A DNA stretch of 64,000 nucleotides from a bacterium (lineage in GTDB: Bacteria; SM23-31), in assembly GCA_965249485.1 (NCBI GenBank), contig OZ252239.1:896001-960000 (forward strand). Direction: 5' to 3'. Position 1 is the first letter of the stretch. Every line of letters starts with the position of its first letter. The position numbers and the translations under genes are program-made. The notes below the pieces were generated by a model, which saw nothing but the letters and a program-made list of their open reading frames with translations, was not told the origin of the DNA and did not search any database. This document shows positions 1-11,767 of the stretch, in pieces.

Positions 1-222
1 TTCAAGGGAGACGAAGCCTGGTACGAATTTATGGCGCGAACCCGTCCCCCAAAAGACAAGCCGTGGTATAATGTACTTGTGAATGGTGAAGATTATACGA
101 CGTATGTTGCGGAGCGGAATCTGGAAGTCGATACAACGAATGAAGAAATCAGCCATCCGCTGCTGCCGGTTTATTTTAATGAATTCAAAGGTGGTGAATA
201 TTGTTTGGGATCCAATAACTGA
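1..222 (+). CDS. hspQ: Heat shock protein HspQ / YccV-like domain protein, 5'-truncated by the window edge
   Basis: Frame is open from position 1 (FKGDEAWYEFMARTRPPKDKPWYNVLV...TTYVAERNLE...ISHPLL); the PWY.VLV...TYVAE.NL...I.HP pattern is characteristic of YccV/HspQ. Confidence 0.85.
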   Translation, partial: FKGDEAWYEFMARTRPPKDKPWYNVLVNGEDYTTYVAERNLEVDTTNEEISHPLLPVYFNEFKGGEYCLGSNN

Positions 223-264
223 GATTATGTATTCTGCCCCAATTCTTGACGGAATTATACATTA

Positions 265-963
265 ATGATCGAGATAAGACACTATGACATTATAACCTTC
301 GACTGCTACGGAACGTTGATCGACTGGGAAAGCGGAATCCTGAATGCACTGAAAACGGTACTCAAACGACACAGTATAAATGCCGAAAACCGAGTACTGC
401 TCGAATTGTATGCGAAGTATGAGTCGGCTGCTGAGTCAGGTCCATACATCCCATACCGGGAGATATTGCGGTCGGTAATGTGGCAGTTTGGAAAGCAGTT
501 TTCTTTTGTCCCGCGGCAGGAAGACGATTTTGCACTTGCCGATTCGATGCGGGAGTGGCAACCGTTCGATGATACTGTTGATTCGCTCCAAAAGCTCAAA
601 CAGCGGTACAAACTTGCGGTGTTGTCGAATGTTGACGACGAACTTTTTGCGGCTTCCGCGGAAAAGCTCAAGGTCAATTTTGACTTTGTCATAACCGCAC
701 AGCAGCTTGGCTGTTACAAACCTTCCGAATCATTTTTCAAGCAAGCAATTGAGCGAATCGGTTTATCGAAGGAAAAAATTTTACACGCAGCACAAAGCCT
801 TTTCCATGATATTGCACCGGCACAAAGACTCGGGTTGTCGACCGTCTGGGTAAATCGTCGCTCACAAAGTACGGGATTTGGCGCGACTCCCGAATCACAC
901 ATCATTCCCGATTGTGAAGTCCCCGATTTGAAGTCTTTTGTGAATGGTACTGGAATTCTGTAG
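265..963 (+). CDS. HAD-superfamily hydrolase, haloacid dehalogenase type II-like
   Basis: FDCYGTLIDWE motif I, LSNVD, YKP, HAAQSLFHDI. Confidence 0.9.
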   Translation: MIEIRHYDIITFDCYGTLIDWESGILNALKTVLKRHSINAENRVLLELYAKYESAAESGPYIPYREILRSVMWQFGKQFSFVPRQEDDFALADSMREWQPFDDTVDSLQKLKQRYKLAVLSNVDDELFAASAEKLKVNFDFVITAQQLGCYKPSESFFKQAIERIGLSKEKILHAAQSLFHDIAPAQRLGLSTVWVNRRSQSTGFGATPESHIIPDCEVPDLKSFVNGTGIL

Positions 964-1004
964 ATTTTTTTACTGGAAGTTCAAGCAGCTTGTATATACA
1001 TCAC

Positions 1005-1044
1005 AAAACTGCGCCGCCCTGGTATATCAGAGCGGCGCAGTTTT
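1005..1044. terminator. Bidirectional intrinsic terminator between the convergent HAD and amt genes
   Basis: AAAACTGCGCCGC...GCGGCGCAGTTTT inverted repeat flanked by A and T tracts. Confidence 0.85.
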
Positions 1045-1098
1045 ATTAAACACCTTCGTGTATCGTGAATGTACGTTGCTTGATGTACAGAATAACAT

Positions 1099-2313
1099 CT
1101 ACTCGTACGCAACTTCTCCGTGAAACACATCATCAACACCAATCTCTTCTTCTTCTTTTGAAACTTTGACAGGTGTAATGAAATTGATCACTTTTAGCAT
1201 GACATACGTGAAGACAAAACAGTAAGCACCGACAACAAGCACCGCAACGGTTTCGATTATGAAAAAACTGAATCCGCCGCCGGTTAAAAGCCCGTTTGTC
1301 TCAACAACCGGATTCACGGTATTGGATGCAAACAGACCGAGCATAATAATACCGAGTGTACCGCCGACACCGTGAACTCCCCATACGTCGAGGGCATCAT
1401 CCCATTGCAGTTTATTCTTGAGAGCTACCGCAAAATAGCAGACACCACCGGCTGAAATTCCAATAATCGCTGCACTGCTGACAGATACAAATCCTGCGGC
1501 AGGTGTGATTGTTGCCAGCCCGGCAATTGCTCCGGTAAGGAGTCCGACAAATTTGGGCTTTTTCTCAAGAAACCATGAAAAAATGAGCCACGTTATAGCG
1601 GCAAACGAGGCAGCAACATCGGTATTAATGAATGCTATTGCAGTGATATTGTCGACCTGGAGTTGACTCCCCGCATTAAAACCATACCACCCGAACCAGA
1701 GCAGACCGGTACCAAGAGCTACCAGAGGAATACTGTGGGGACCTCGATCTACAACTTTTCTTCTGCCAACATAAAAGACTGATGCGAGCGCGGCCATTCC
1801 GGCGCTTGCATGCACAACAATGCCACCTGCAAAATCAAGAACTCCCATATTAGCAAGGAGACCGCCGCCCCATACCATATGTACGAGTGGGAAATATACA
1901 AATAACAACCATAGTGTCAGAAAAAGCATATATGCAGGAAATCGGACACGGTTCGTAAAAGCACCGGAAATTAACGCGGGAGTGATGATGGCAAACATCA
2001 TCTGGTACGCAACGAAAACATACAGTGGTATGGCATTATTTCCGGTAAAAACATCGTTCACCGATGTCCCCGCCAGAAATGCAAGGTCAAAATTGCCGAT
2101 TAATCCGCCTTCACCACCGCTGAAACAGAGCGAGTATCCGCAGACAAACCACATAACAGTTGTCCAACCGAGTGAAACATAACTCTGAATCATAATCGCA
2201 AGGACACTTTTTCTGCCAACAAGCCCACCGTAAAAAAACGCTAAACCCGGTGTCATCAACATAACAAGGCTTGTTGCGACAAGCATAAATCCGGTGCTTC
2301 CGGAATCGATCAT
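1099..2313 (-). CDS. amt: Ammonium transporter (Amt family)
   Basis: LMTPGLAFFYGG, QMMFAIITPALISGA, DFAGGIVVH, WFGWYGFNAGS, DDALDVWGVHG; twin-His retained; SD GAGGAGG upstream. Confidence 0.96.
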   Translation of the reverse strand: MIDSGSTGFMLVATSLVMLMTPGLAFFYGGLVGRKSVLAIMIQSYVSLGWTTVMWFVCGYSLCFSGGEGGLIGNFDLAFLAGTSVNDVFTGNNAIPLYVFVAYQMMFAIITPALISGAFTNRVRFPAYMLFLTLWLLFVYFPLVHMVWGGGLLANMGVLDFAGGIVVHASAGMAALASVFYVGRRKVVDRGPHSIPLVALGTGLLWFGWYGFNAGSQLQVDNITAIAFINTDVAASFAAITWLIFSWFLEKKPKFVGLLTGAIAGLATITPAAGFVSVSSAAIIGISAGGVCYFAVALKNKLQWDDALDVWGVHGVGGTLGIIMLGLFASNTVNPVVETNGLLTGGGFSFFIIETVAVLVVGAYCFVFTYVMLKVINFITPVKVSKEEEEIGVDDVFHGEVAYE

Positions 2314-2834
2314 AATACCCTCCTCTATTAATTATTTGAGAAATTCAATATCAATTACATACGGGGATATAAGAACTCCGTACAGTGGCAACCGTCTGTT
2401 TTTCAGCGGTCAAACAACAAGTAAAGAAATGGAATTTGGTAAAAGCTATTTTATCTTAAATCAGCAAGGCGGTTGAAGATTGGGCTAACTCAGAAAGCAT
2501 TTCTGAGGAAAAATCAGAAAATCCATACAAATCAGAATGTTTTGTTGTGCAAAAACCAGCCTCTACGGAATAATCGCAGACACAAATATAGATGTGTGCA
2601 ATAATAAATGCAAGAAAAATAATTTTAGTACTTTTATCAGCAGCATATATAAGGAGGCATTGTCAATTTATCCGATTATATTATGAATGATTTGTAAAAA
2701 TGGTAATATTATTTAAACATTTATTTATCAAAAATGAGTATATTACACTCAGGAATAATTGCTTGTACAATGAGCGATATGCACATATATTTGGTCTCAA
2801 ACTACGCAATGATTTATAACCATTTTAATAAAAG

Positions 2835-4700
2835 GTGATCAAGATGTTCACTCGAACCGTAAGTATCTTCTTTTTTCTTTTACTGTGGCTATCCTTCGGG
2901 ACCGCGCAGGACAAAAGCAAGATTGTCTACGAAATATCATTCGAAAATGCTGTCCACCATGAGGCTGAAGTATCAGTCACATTTGTGGATATTCCGAGTG
3001 AAACGCTTGAGCTGCGAATGAGCAGGTCGTCCCCTGGGCGGTATGCTCTTCACGAATTCGCAAAGAATGTCTACTCGGTCAAAGCGGTCGACAGGAACGG
3101 GAGCGCATTGTCAATAGACCGGCCGAATCCCTATCAGTGGAATGTTTCGGGCCATAACGGAACTGTTACGGTTACTTATACACTCTTTGCCGACCACGCA
3201 GACGGTACCTATTCGGGAATCGACGAAACTCATGCCCACCTCAATATGCCGGCCACCTTTATGTGGGCGCGGGGGATGGAAAACGTACCGATAGAGATCA
3301 CCTTTCAACCACGCACGGAATCGAACTGGCGGGTGGCAACACAACTCCCCAAAAATTCCTCTGATGAGATCTATTTTGCACCCGATCTCTACTATTTTCT
3401 CGACAGTCCGACAGAATTGAGCGATTATTCTATCCGGGAATGGGCTGTAGAAAACGGTGGGGGAGATGCCATTATCCGGCTTGTTGTTCATCATGACGGA
3501 ACCGAAACTGAAGTAAACGCCCTCCGTGATATGATAGAGCCTGTCATGGAAGAACAGAAAGCAGTGTTTGGAGAATATCCCGAATTCGATTACGGCACTT
3601 ATACTTTCCTTGCATGCTATTTGCCCTATGTGTCGGGCGACGGAATGGAGCACCGAAACTCTACAATATTGGCCACAATAAGGCCCCTCAGGTCGGGTAT
3701 GTCGAATCATCTCGGCACCGCGTCACATGAGTTTTTTCACGCCTGGAATGTCGAGCGGATTCGACCGAGAACTCTCGAACCGTTCAATTTTGAAGAAGCG
3801 AATATGTCGGGGGAACTCTGGTTTGCAGAAGGATTTACTAGCTATTACGACGATCTGACGATAAAGCGGGCTGGGCTAATGAGTATTGAGGAGTACGCAT
3901 CGTCGCTAGCAAGCAGACACAACGACGATAATCTCAACGCTGTCATAAACGGTGTTGGTCGCCAATTTCATTCACCTGTGGAGATGAGCCGGCAATCTCC
4001 GTTTGTTGACGCGGCACGATCGGTCGATGCTGTCAACAGAGGCAACACATTTATCTCGTATTATACGTACGGTAAAGTGATTGCGCTGGGTCTCGATCTG
4101 ACACTCCGGACGCAGTTTGGACTCACACTCGACGACTATATGGAAGCAGTATGGGAAAATCAAGGCAAAACGGAATATCCCTATACTATAGCAGATCTCG
4201 AGTCGATTCTGGGGCGTGTCACGCGTGACCGGGGATTCGCGGCATCATTCTTTCAGCATTTTGTGAACGGTCGTGATGTCATCGACTATAAAAGACTGCT
4301 CGACAGGGCCGGATTTTTGCTTCGTAGAGCCTATCCGGGACAACCGGTACTCGGCAAAGCATTGCTTCAATTCGGTAACAGCGGAGTTGTGATCGGTTCG
4401 TACACGGCTATTGGAAGCCCGCTCTATAATGCTGGCCTCGATAAGGGAGATGTGATCCTGTCAATTGATGGTACACGGATTGTCGGAAAAGGGAGCCTTG
4501 ATGACATTTTGGAATCGCAACGTCCCGGAGATACCATTATAATACATTATGTTACGAGAGCAGGAGCCGAAAAAACAACCACACTCAGACTTGCAGCTCA
4601 CGACCGTTATGAGGTTGTTCTGTATGAAGATGCGTCACTTCCCGTAACCGATGCGATGCAGGCATTTCGGGAGTCATGGCTCGATTCTAAGGTCAAATAA
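2835..4700 (+). CDS. M61 family (glycyl aminopeptidase-like) metallopeptidase with C-terminal PDZ domain, secreted
   Basis: Signal peptide; GMEHRNS, SHEFFHAWNVERIRP (HExxH), WFAEGFTSYY; PDZ GSPLYNAGLDKGDVILSIDG. Confidence 0.92.
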   Translation: MIKMFTRTVSIFFFLLLWLSFGTAQDKSKIVYEISFENAVHHEAEVSVTFVDIPSETLELRMSRSSPGRYALHEFAKNVYSVKAVDRNGSALSIDRPNPYQWNVSGHNGTVTVTYTLFADHADGTYSGIDETHAHLNMPATFMWARGMENVPIEITFQPRTESNWRVATQLPKNSSDEIYFAPDLYYFLDSPTELSDYSIREWAVENGGGDAIIRLVVHHDGTETEVNALRDMIEPVMEEQKAVFGEYPEFDYGTYTFLACYLPYVSGDGMEHRNSTILATIRPLRSGMSNHLGTASHEFFHAWNVERIRPRTLEPFNFEEANMSGELWFAEGFTSYYDDLTIKRAGLMSIEEYASSLASRHNDDNLNAVINGVGRQFHSPVEMSRQSPFVDAARSVDAVNRGNTFISYYTYGKVIALGLDLTLRTQFGLTLDDYMEAVWENQGKTEYPYTIADLESILGRVTRDRGFAASFFQHFVNGRDVIDYKRLLDRAGFLLRRAYPGQPVLGKALLQFGNSGVVIGSYTAIGSPLYNAGLDKGDVILSIDGTRIVGKGSLDDILESQRPGDTIIIHYVTRAGAEKTTTLRLAAHDRYEVVLYEDASLPVTDAMQAFRESWLDSKVK

Positions 4701-4781
4701 CGAATTAACCAAATAACAAATTACTCCCACAGGACGGAATGTGAATACGAAAGTTGGAATTTAACGGAGCGGAAGAGAACA

Positions 4782-5813
4782 ATGGTCAAGCATACGGTTA
4801 CTACGGTACTTATCTTACTTTGCCTTACACATTTTTTTTCTGAATGCTCCGCACAGGAGCCTGTAAGAATAAGTGGTCTCTTTTTTGGAGACTATTTTTT
4901 TATGGCAAATAGCCATAATGAAAAATTTGAGGGTGAAAATGCCTTCTGGATACGCCGGCTTTATCTCCGTTTTGATAAAGATATTGATGAGAAGTATGCA
5001 ATCCGGGTCAATTTCGAAATAAAATCGCCCGGGGATTTTGTAACCGAATCAAAAATGAACCCGACAGTGCGCGATGCTTATCTACGCAGGTCATTCGGAC
5101 GACACGCCCTCTATGCAGGAATTTCGGTCACACCGCTCTATCGGATATCGGAGCGGTTCTGGGGATACCGGGCAGTCGAACTCCCGGCATCGGGACTTCA
5201 GCGGTTCGGAGCTTCGCGCGATTTCGGTCTATCACTGCGTGGTTCATTTCTTACAGATGACAAATTTACGTACCATCTTATGCTGGCGAACGGCAATGCG
5301 CAAAGTTCGGAAGTAGGGCAAGGGAAGAAGGTCTACGCCTCTCTGGCATACTGGCCAGACAAAGAATCGATGGTTGAATTCTATTCAGATTACGATAACC
5401 GGGCTGGTGATGAATGGCGCGCCACATATCAAATATCAACGGGTGTGATAAGAGATACCTACAGGCTAGGGTTTCAGGCAGCGCTTCAGCAGCGGATGAA
5501 CAACGGCAATCCAGATGATGACCCGCTGCGAATCATTTCGGTTTTTGGTTCCCGGAGTGTGCACAAAAAGATCTGGGGAATTCTCAGGTATGACCGAATT
5601 TTCGACGCAAATCCCGAAGGAGAATCGTTTGCATATTTTCCATTCGATGCCACGGCAGGATCGCATTTTGTAATAGCTGGATTCGAATACAAACTTGACG
5701 AAAAAATCAGCCTGATCCCCAATGTGGAAGCAGTATATTATAATAAAAATGGAGCAGGTATCCGTCCCGACACCGACATCATGCCCCGTATGACGCTGTA
5801 TTTTGTGTTTTGA
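4782..5813 (+). CDS. Putative outer-membrane beta-barrel / porin-like protein
   Basis: Signal peptide, F.IRR.YL and RD.GL motifs seen in porin-like proteins, amphipathic strands, C-terminal aromatic (LYFVF). Confidence 0.6.
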   Translation: MVKHTVTTVLILLCLTHFFSECSAQEPVRISGLFFGDYFFMANSHNEKFEGENAFWIRRLYLRFDKDIDEKYAIRVNFEIKSPGDFVTESKMNPTVRDAYLRRSFGRHALYAGISVTPLYRISERFWGYRAVELPASGLQRFGASRDFGLSLRGSFLTDDKFTYHLMLANGNAQSSEVGQGKKVYASLAYWPDKESMVEFYSDYDNRAGDEWRATYQISTGVIRDTYRLGFQAALQQRMNNGNPDDDPLRIISVFGSRSVHKKIWGILRYDRIFDANPEGESFAYFPFDATAGSHFVIAGFEYKLDEKISLIPNVEAVYYNKNGAGIRPDTDIMPRMTLYFVF

Positions 5814-5857
5814 TTACGTAAAAAACCATGAAAAAATCCATTTCTTAATGAGTAAAC

Positions 5858-5900
5858 AAAAAAGGGTGCAGTATCTTGTATTAGATACTGCACCCTTTTT
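5858..5900. terminator. Bidirectional intrinsic terminator between the porin-like gene and the efflux operon
   Basis: AAAAAAGGGTGCAGTATCT-TGTATT-AGATACTGCACCCTTTTT. Confidence 0.9.
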
Positions 5901-5912
5901 ATTAATTTTTTT

Positions 5913-8900
5913 CTAATCGTTACTTTTTATACTCTTCCCAAATTTCCAGTAAAGCGTCGGCAAAAAGAGCAGATTGAGTGCGGTTGAGGTAAGGAGGCCG
6001 CCCAGAATGACAATAGCCATTGGATGTTCGATCTCTTGCCGGGTCTGTTACCCCCGATGACGATCGGAAGCAGGGCCAGCCCGGTTGTGAGTGCGGTCAT
6101 CAGTATCGGCGATAAACGCTCGGTCGCACCACGCATGATTAGTTCAATGTTGAACGGCATCTTTTCCTCGGTCTCAAGGTGGCGGTAGTGGCTAATCAGC
6201 ATGATTGCGTTCCGTGCCGCAATGCCGAGCACCGTCACGAATCCGATCATGGAACCGAGTGAAAGTGAGTTGCCGCTAATCATAACACTCAGTATGCAAC
6301 CGGTCAGCGCAAATGGTATGCTAAGCAGTATGAGCAAAGAAAGGCGGACCGAAACAAAATCGGCATAAAGTAAAAGATATATCCCAATGAGTGCTAAAAC
6401 CGAGACCCAGATAAGTTGATTCCTCGATTGTTCCCTTTCTGCATATTCGCCGAGAAATTCAGGATGGTATCCGGTGTTGAATGTGATGCCCTGAACAGCT
6501 GCCTCAATGTCACGCGCAACACCGCCAAGATCGCGTCCGCGCGCATTGCAGGTCACATCGATACGCCGTGATGACGCCTCCCGCGTAATTTCATTGGGTG
6601 TTGGTGCCAGTGCAATATCAGCTACTGTCCCTAATGGGACTTGTCCCCCGCTGGGCACATCAATCATGATCTCTTGAAGTGCACCGACATCATGACGTAC
6701 CTGCGGCATCCCCCATACTGTTACGTCGAATATCTTCTGCTCCTGATATATTTCACCAACTTTTGTCCCTTTGATGAACGTTGTTGCAGCTTTGCGAACA
6801 TCACCCGGAACAAGTCCGAATTGCGCAGCGGTTTCAGGCCGGAATTTCACCTCGATTTGCGGTACCATTGTCTGTGGCTGAACTTTCAGGTCAGCGACAC
6901 CGTCAACTGCCGCCATTGCGGCTGCAACTTCATTCGCTTTTTGCTCAAGTATTGTAAGGTCCGGCCCGTAGATGCGTACAACAATAGTAGCGCTTGTTCC
7001 GGTCAGTACTTCTTTTATCCTCTCGCGCAAATAGGTGAGTACATCGCGGTACAGGCCGGGATACCCATCAACAACTTCCTGAATCTGTCCGACAGTCGAT
7101 TCATAATCGACTTCCGGGTCGACACTGATCCAAAGTTCGGTAAAATTCGGTCCGACAACTTCATCAGCCACTTCGGCACGTCCGATATGAGCACCGAAAT
7201 TACGCACACCGGGAATTGCCCGTAGTTCTTTGCTGACGCGTTCCGTGATTCTATCCATCGCTTCGATAGATGTCCCGGGTTTTTCGACCCAGTGCATAAG
7301 AAAATCGTATTCCTTGAAATTCGGAAGAAATTCTTCACCCAATTGTGGAATAATGATAAGCGTGATGACCATAAGGGTAACCAGCGATGTCAGCACCCTG
7401 CGCGGATGGCCGATAAGAGCGGGCAGGATGGCATTGTACCTGAGCTTGAGCCAGTTGACAACAGGAGAATCATTTTTACGTATAATTGAATTCCGCAACA
7501 GCAAATATGATAGTGCTGGCGTAAGTGTCAGCGCCACAAAGAGCGATGCAAGTATAGCAGGAATATAGGAGAGTGCCAGTGGTTTGAAGAAAGAACCGGC
7601 AAGGCCAGACAGAAAAAAAAGACCGGCATCAATACTAATGCAACAATTAAGCTGCCGTAGACAACAGCACTACGAACTTCTAAAACAGCATTTAAAATAA
7701 CATTGAATGGAGGCTCAGGATTGCCATGTGACCTGTTGATGCGAAGACGCCGTATTATATTTTCCACACCTAATGATCGCATCATCGACCAGTTCCCCGA
7801 GTGCGATAATCAATCCGGCTAATACCATCGTGTTAATTGTACCGCCGCGGTAATGCAGAACGAGGGCCGCGACGACAAACGACCCCGGCAGGGCAACAGC
7901 ACTGATAAGCGCAGTCCGCCAGTAGTACAGAAAGAATACGAGCACAACAATAACAAGTAAACAGCCTATGAGAAGTGCCCGATTCAGATTTTGGATCGAC
8001 ATCTCGATGAAACTGGCAGGCCGGAAAATCGTCGGATCGAGTTCAATACCCTGCAGGCCCGGTCGGAGAGCATCCAATGTCGCCTCTACATTTCTACTCA
8101 CTTCAAGCGTGTTTGCCCAGGGCTGTTTTTCAACAATCAACAGAATTCCCGGACCGTCATTGATAATCGCATCACCGATTGGCGGTGGATACCCCTCTAC
8201 TACCTCGGCAACATCACCCAGACGGATATACGCACCGTCCTTATACGCAACCGTGATATCGGCAAGGTCCTCGGGTGTCTCTACGGGGGAAATATGGGAA
8301 ATTGATAGCCGCTGGTTCGGCGTATCCAAAAATCCACCGCCTTCAAGTTCAGTGGCATCACCCGCAGCTTTAATCACTTCATTGAACGTCACATTATTCG
8401 CATTCAGCCGGTATGGATCGACAAGTACTTGAATCTGCCTGTCGCGCTGCCCCCAGATTGCGACATTCGCAACTCCGGGAACTGCCATGAGACGGGGGCG
8501 TATTGTCCATTTTGCGAGCGTGGTCATCTCCATTTGCGACAACATTTCAGATGACATTCCGATTTTCAATATCCTACTTGTTGCAGAGAGGGGGGAAAGC
8601 ATGACGGGAGGATTAGCGACAACGGGCAGCATAGTCGACACGCGTGCAAGCCGTTCTTGAACATGCTGCCGCGCCTGCATCAGATCTGTACCTTCTTGAA
8701 AAAGCAGCACAACCGACGAAAGCCCCAAAACGGATTTTGACCGGATGGTCTCGAGCCATGGTGTGCCGTTCATTGCATACTCAATAGGAACGGTAATGAG
8801 TGCCTCAACTTCGGTTGTGGACAATCCAGGCGCTTCGGTTTGGATCTCAACAAGGGGTGGCGCAAATTCAGGAAAAACATCGAGAGGCGTTTTCCGGATA

Positions 8901-8989
8901 ATCTGAATGCCGACAACCAGCATAATCACCATCAGTGCAACCACCACAACTCGCAGGCGGAGAGAGGTTGCAACAATCCATCGCATCAT
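5913..8989 (-). pseudogene. CusA/CzcA-type RND efflux permease interrupted by three small indels (likely sequencing errors)
   Basis: ORF pieces 7715..8989, 7528..7785 and 5927..7537 join into one RND protein ([44 protein letters not shown]). Indels at about 7772 (+1), 7613-7620 (A8 run, +2) and about 6038 (-1); the restored C-terminus [13 protein letters not shown] ends at TAG 5913. Confidence 0.85.
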
Positions 8990-10196
8990 TTTCCACCCCC
9001 GAATTCCGTTCCGAATAGTTCTACCGCACCTGCAGTAACTACAGCCGATCCGGCAGCAGGTCCCTGCGTCAGTACAACACGGTCACCTTCAACATACTGT
9101 ACGGCAATGCGCTTTCTGGTAAATGTTTGTGGTCCGGTGTTTTCGTAAACCCAGGTGCCACCGTACATATCGTACAGGAGTGCAGCATACGGCAGGACCA
9201 ACCGATCTTCCGATTCCAGAAGAGAGAGGGTAACACTCACTCTTTGGCCGGGTAGGAGCGCTCGCTCGCTATTTTCCAATTCAAAGTAAAGACTGATAGA
9301 CGCGTTCTGGGGATCAGCCGAAAATGGCATTGCAACCGGACTTGCCAACAAGCCTTCTGTCCCACTAAAATTTGACAAAGAGTGCACACGGGCAGGTTTT
9401 TGGCCATCAATATCATCAATGTCTCCGACGTAGACCGGTACCTGAATCCAGACAGGATCGGTTCCGGCTATTTCGATAAGTTTTGCACCTGCGGCAACAG
9501 TTTGTCCCGGTGATGTATGAATTTTCCGGATAATGCCGTTCACAGATGCAACAATATGCAGTGATGATAGATTTTCTCCTGCCACTTCGTAGGCTGAACC
9601 CATGAGAATTTCGAGTCGTGCATGAGAAACAGAGAGTGCTGCATCTGCTGCTGCTAAATCTGCTTGCGCCTGCTGAAGTTGTTTGACACTGGCCGCACCT
9701 TCAGTAAGGAGCTGTTCAGTACGGTCTGCAGCTGCCTGTGCAACATCGAGTTCGATTTTTCGCAGTGCCACATTTTTCTCAGCACTCAAAAGATCTTCTT
9801 CTGGAGGCAAAAGAACCAGCCTGCCCACAACATCTCCCTTTTTGACTTCATCTCCTGCCTGAACCACTGTTCCGTTATTCGGCAATAAAAAGGTTCCCGG
9901 CAATGGGGCGGTAACCACAATATGCGCACCGGAAACAGTTTCAACTATACCGCCGTAGGTCCGTGTTTTTCAACGGTCCTGAGCTCGACCACCTCTGTCT
10001 CGATTCCGAGCCGCTCCTCAGCCTGAGGAGTGAGAGTAAGAGTAGTGAGGTTGGACTCCTCTTCAGCATTGTGCACCTGCGCGGGTGGTTGAGGAGAAGG
10101 AGTTGTATCCTGTGATCTGCCACAACCGATAATACTCGCCATGGTGCTCCATAGAATAAAAATCTTCAGTACTTTGATTATCATCCGTGTCCCCAT
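8986..10196 (-). pseudogene. RND efflux periplasmic adaptor (membrane fusion protein), one -1 indel near 9968
   Basis: N-terminal lipoprotein-like part (IIGC...LTLTPQAEERLGIET) in 9945..10196 continues into 8986..9918 ([28 protein letters not shown]) if one A is added to a homopolymer. Confidence 0.8.
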
Positions 10197-10218
10197 AGTG
10201 TTAAATATTTTAGATGTT

Positions 10219-11541
10219 TTAATCCAAATTTCTTCCGATACTGAAACTGAGCTGTGCGGCAGCTCTCTGCATGTCCGCAACTAATTCCGAGTGCCTGATC
10301 TGCGCATTGTTTAGTTCCCTCATAGTATTTAAAACAAACAGATACGATTCTTCTCCGGCTTCATTTGCTACTTTCGCGAGATCAACAGCTTTTTCAAGCG
10401 AAGGAATAATATCACTATCCCACAGAGTGAATTCTTTCTGAATCTGAAGGTACCGGTCATATGCTTCCTGTGTTTCCAGAATAATCTTGTGTCTGATTGC
10501 GACATAATTTCGAGCAGTCTGCTCGAGATCTGCCTGTGCACGGGATACGGCACCGTTATTTTGATTGAAAATCGGAATCGCGATCTGTGCCCCTGGGCCG
10601 ATGCTAAAATTCTCTTCCCCTTTATCTTCACCGTCGATAATTCCGATAAGCCGGATAATCCGCGACCGCTCCAGACCGACCCGTTTCCCGGCCGATTCTA
10701 TTGACAATTCTGCAGCACGGAGGTCAGGCCGAGAGGCAAATGCGGTTTCCAGTATTTTATCAAATGGTTTCAGATTGAGAGATGGGGCAGAAGTAGGGGA
10801 AATATTGAGCTCTGATCCATTCGTTTCCATACCCATCAGATTGAACAAACGGTGTCTGGCGATAGTAGCTTCATGTTTGCGCTGAATGACTGTATCATCT
10901 GCTTTGCGTGCATCTACTTGAACAGCAGTAGCATCGAGGTCACTGATATCACCTGTGTCGAAACGTATCCGGCTGATTACCGCGATCCGGTTCCGGATCT
11001 CTGCATCTCTTTCTGCGTAAATTACATGCTCCTGCGATAAAATCAGATCGGTGTATGCTGTTCGTACATTCCGAATAAGACCGAGGCCGTGCTGTACAAG
11101 ATTTTCCGAAACGGCTTCTGCATTGAGGAGTGCTGCAGCCTTGCGCCTGGGTCGTTGCCACAGGACATCGATAGGAAACGTAAGAGTCGTCTCGAGCTGT
11201 TTTGGGCCTGTTGGAAAGAGAACCGATAAAACCGGATTGGACAAGAGACTCGCTTCAACCAGATCGGCGCGGACAAAACCGAGAGCCCCAAGGTCTACTT
11301 GAAATTGCGCGTTGTTCCAGAGAGCTGTTGCTACCGCTTCACCCTGTGTGAGCCCGTCTGCGAACAGCACTCCATCCGGAATTGAAAACTCTCCAGGCTC
11401 TGATAAATCACCGAGCTCAAAATCAACCCGTTCTTTTACTTCATCAGAGATATACCCGCGGTTATGAGGAGTTTGTACTGCACAGCCCGCGAAAAACAGT
11501 GTCAGAATGACACAAATAATGTTTTTCATCATATAGTGCAC
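10219..11541 (-). CDS. TolC-family outer membrane efflux lipoprotein
   Basis: Lipobox FAGC, A...ALWNN, RPDLRAA, IPIFNQNNG; first gene of the RND operon. Confidence 0.9.
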   Translation of the reverse strand: MHYMMKNIICVILTLFFAGCAVQTPHNRGYISDEVKERVDFELGDLSEPGEFSIPDGVLFADGLTQGEAVATALWNNAQFQVDLGALGFVRADLVEASLLSNPVLSVLFPTGPKQLETTLTFPIDVLWQRPRRKAAALLNAEAVSENLVQHGLGLIRNVRTAYTDLILSQEHVIYAERDAEIRNRIAVISRIRFDTGDISDLDATAVQVDARKADDTVIQRKHEATIARHRLFNLMGMETNGSELNISPTSAPSLNLKPFDKILETAFASRPDLRAAELSIESAGKRVGLERSRIIRLIGIIDGEDKGEENFSIGPGAQIAIPIFNQNNGAVSRAQADLEQTARNYVAIRHKIILETQEAYDRYLQIQKEFTLWDSDIIPSLEKAVDLAKVANEAGEESYLFVLNTMRELNNAQIRHSELVADMQRAAAQLSFSIGRNLD

Positions 11542-11700
11542 CTGTTTTGATAGCGAATAAGTATAAATTCAGTGAAAGATTAAAATACGATAGGATTGCA
11601 ATGTATAAAATATACTCATTTGCTACTGTATTATTCAATGAAAAGAAAATATATTACAATAACTTAATAAAAACCGGAAAGGATGTTGAATAAATAGTGC

Positions 11701-11740
11701 AAAAAAGGCAGATGAGTAAAACATTCTCATCTGCCTTTTT
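11701..11740. terminator. Intrinsic terminator downstream of the M24-like gene (symmetric)
   Basis: AAAAAAGGCAGATGAG-TAAAACATT-CTCATCTGCCTTTTT. Confidence 0.85.
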
Positions 11741-11767
11741 GAAAGTATTAAGATGAAACCCGATCAT

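Noticed and set aside
2355..2500. c-di-AMP (ydaO) or glutamine riboswitch near amt
   Set aside because: Only short word matches (TACGGGGA, GCTAACTC), on the strand opposite amt and without the rest of the consensus
7600..7790. Programmed frameshifting in the RND permease
   Set aside because: It would need several independent shifts and the same indel pattern appears in unrelated genes; error or decay is simpler
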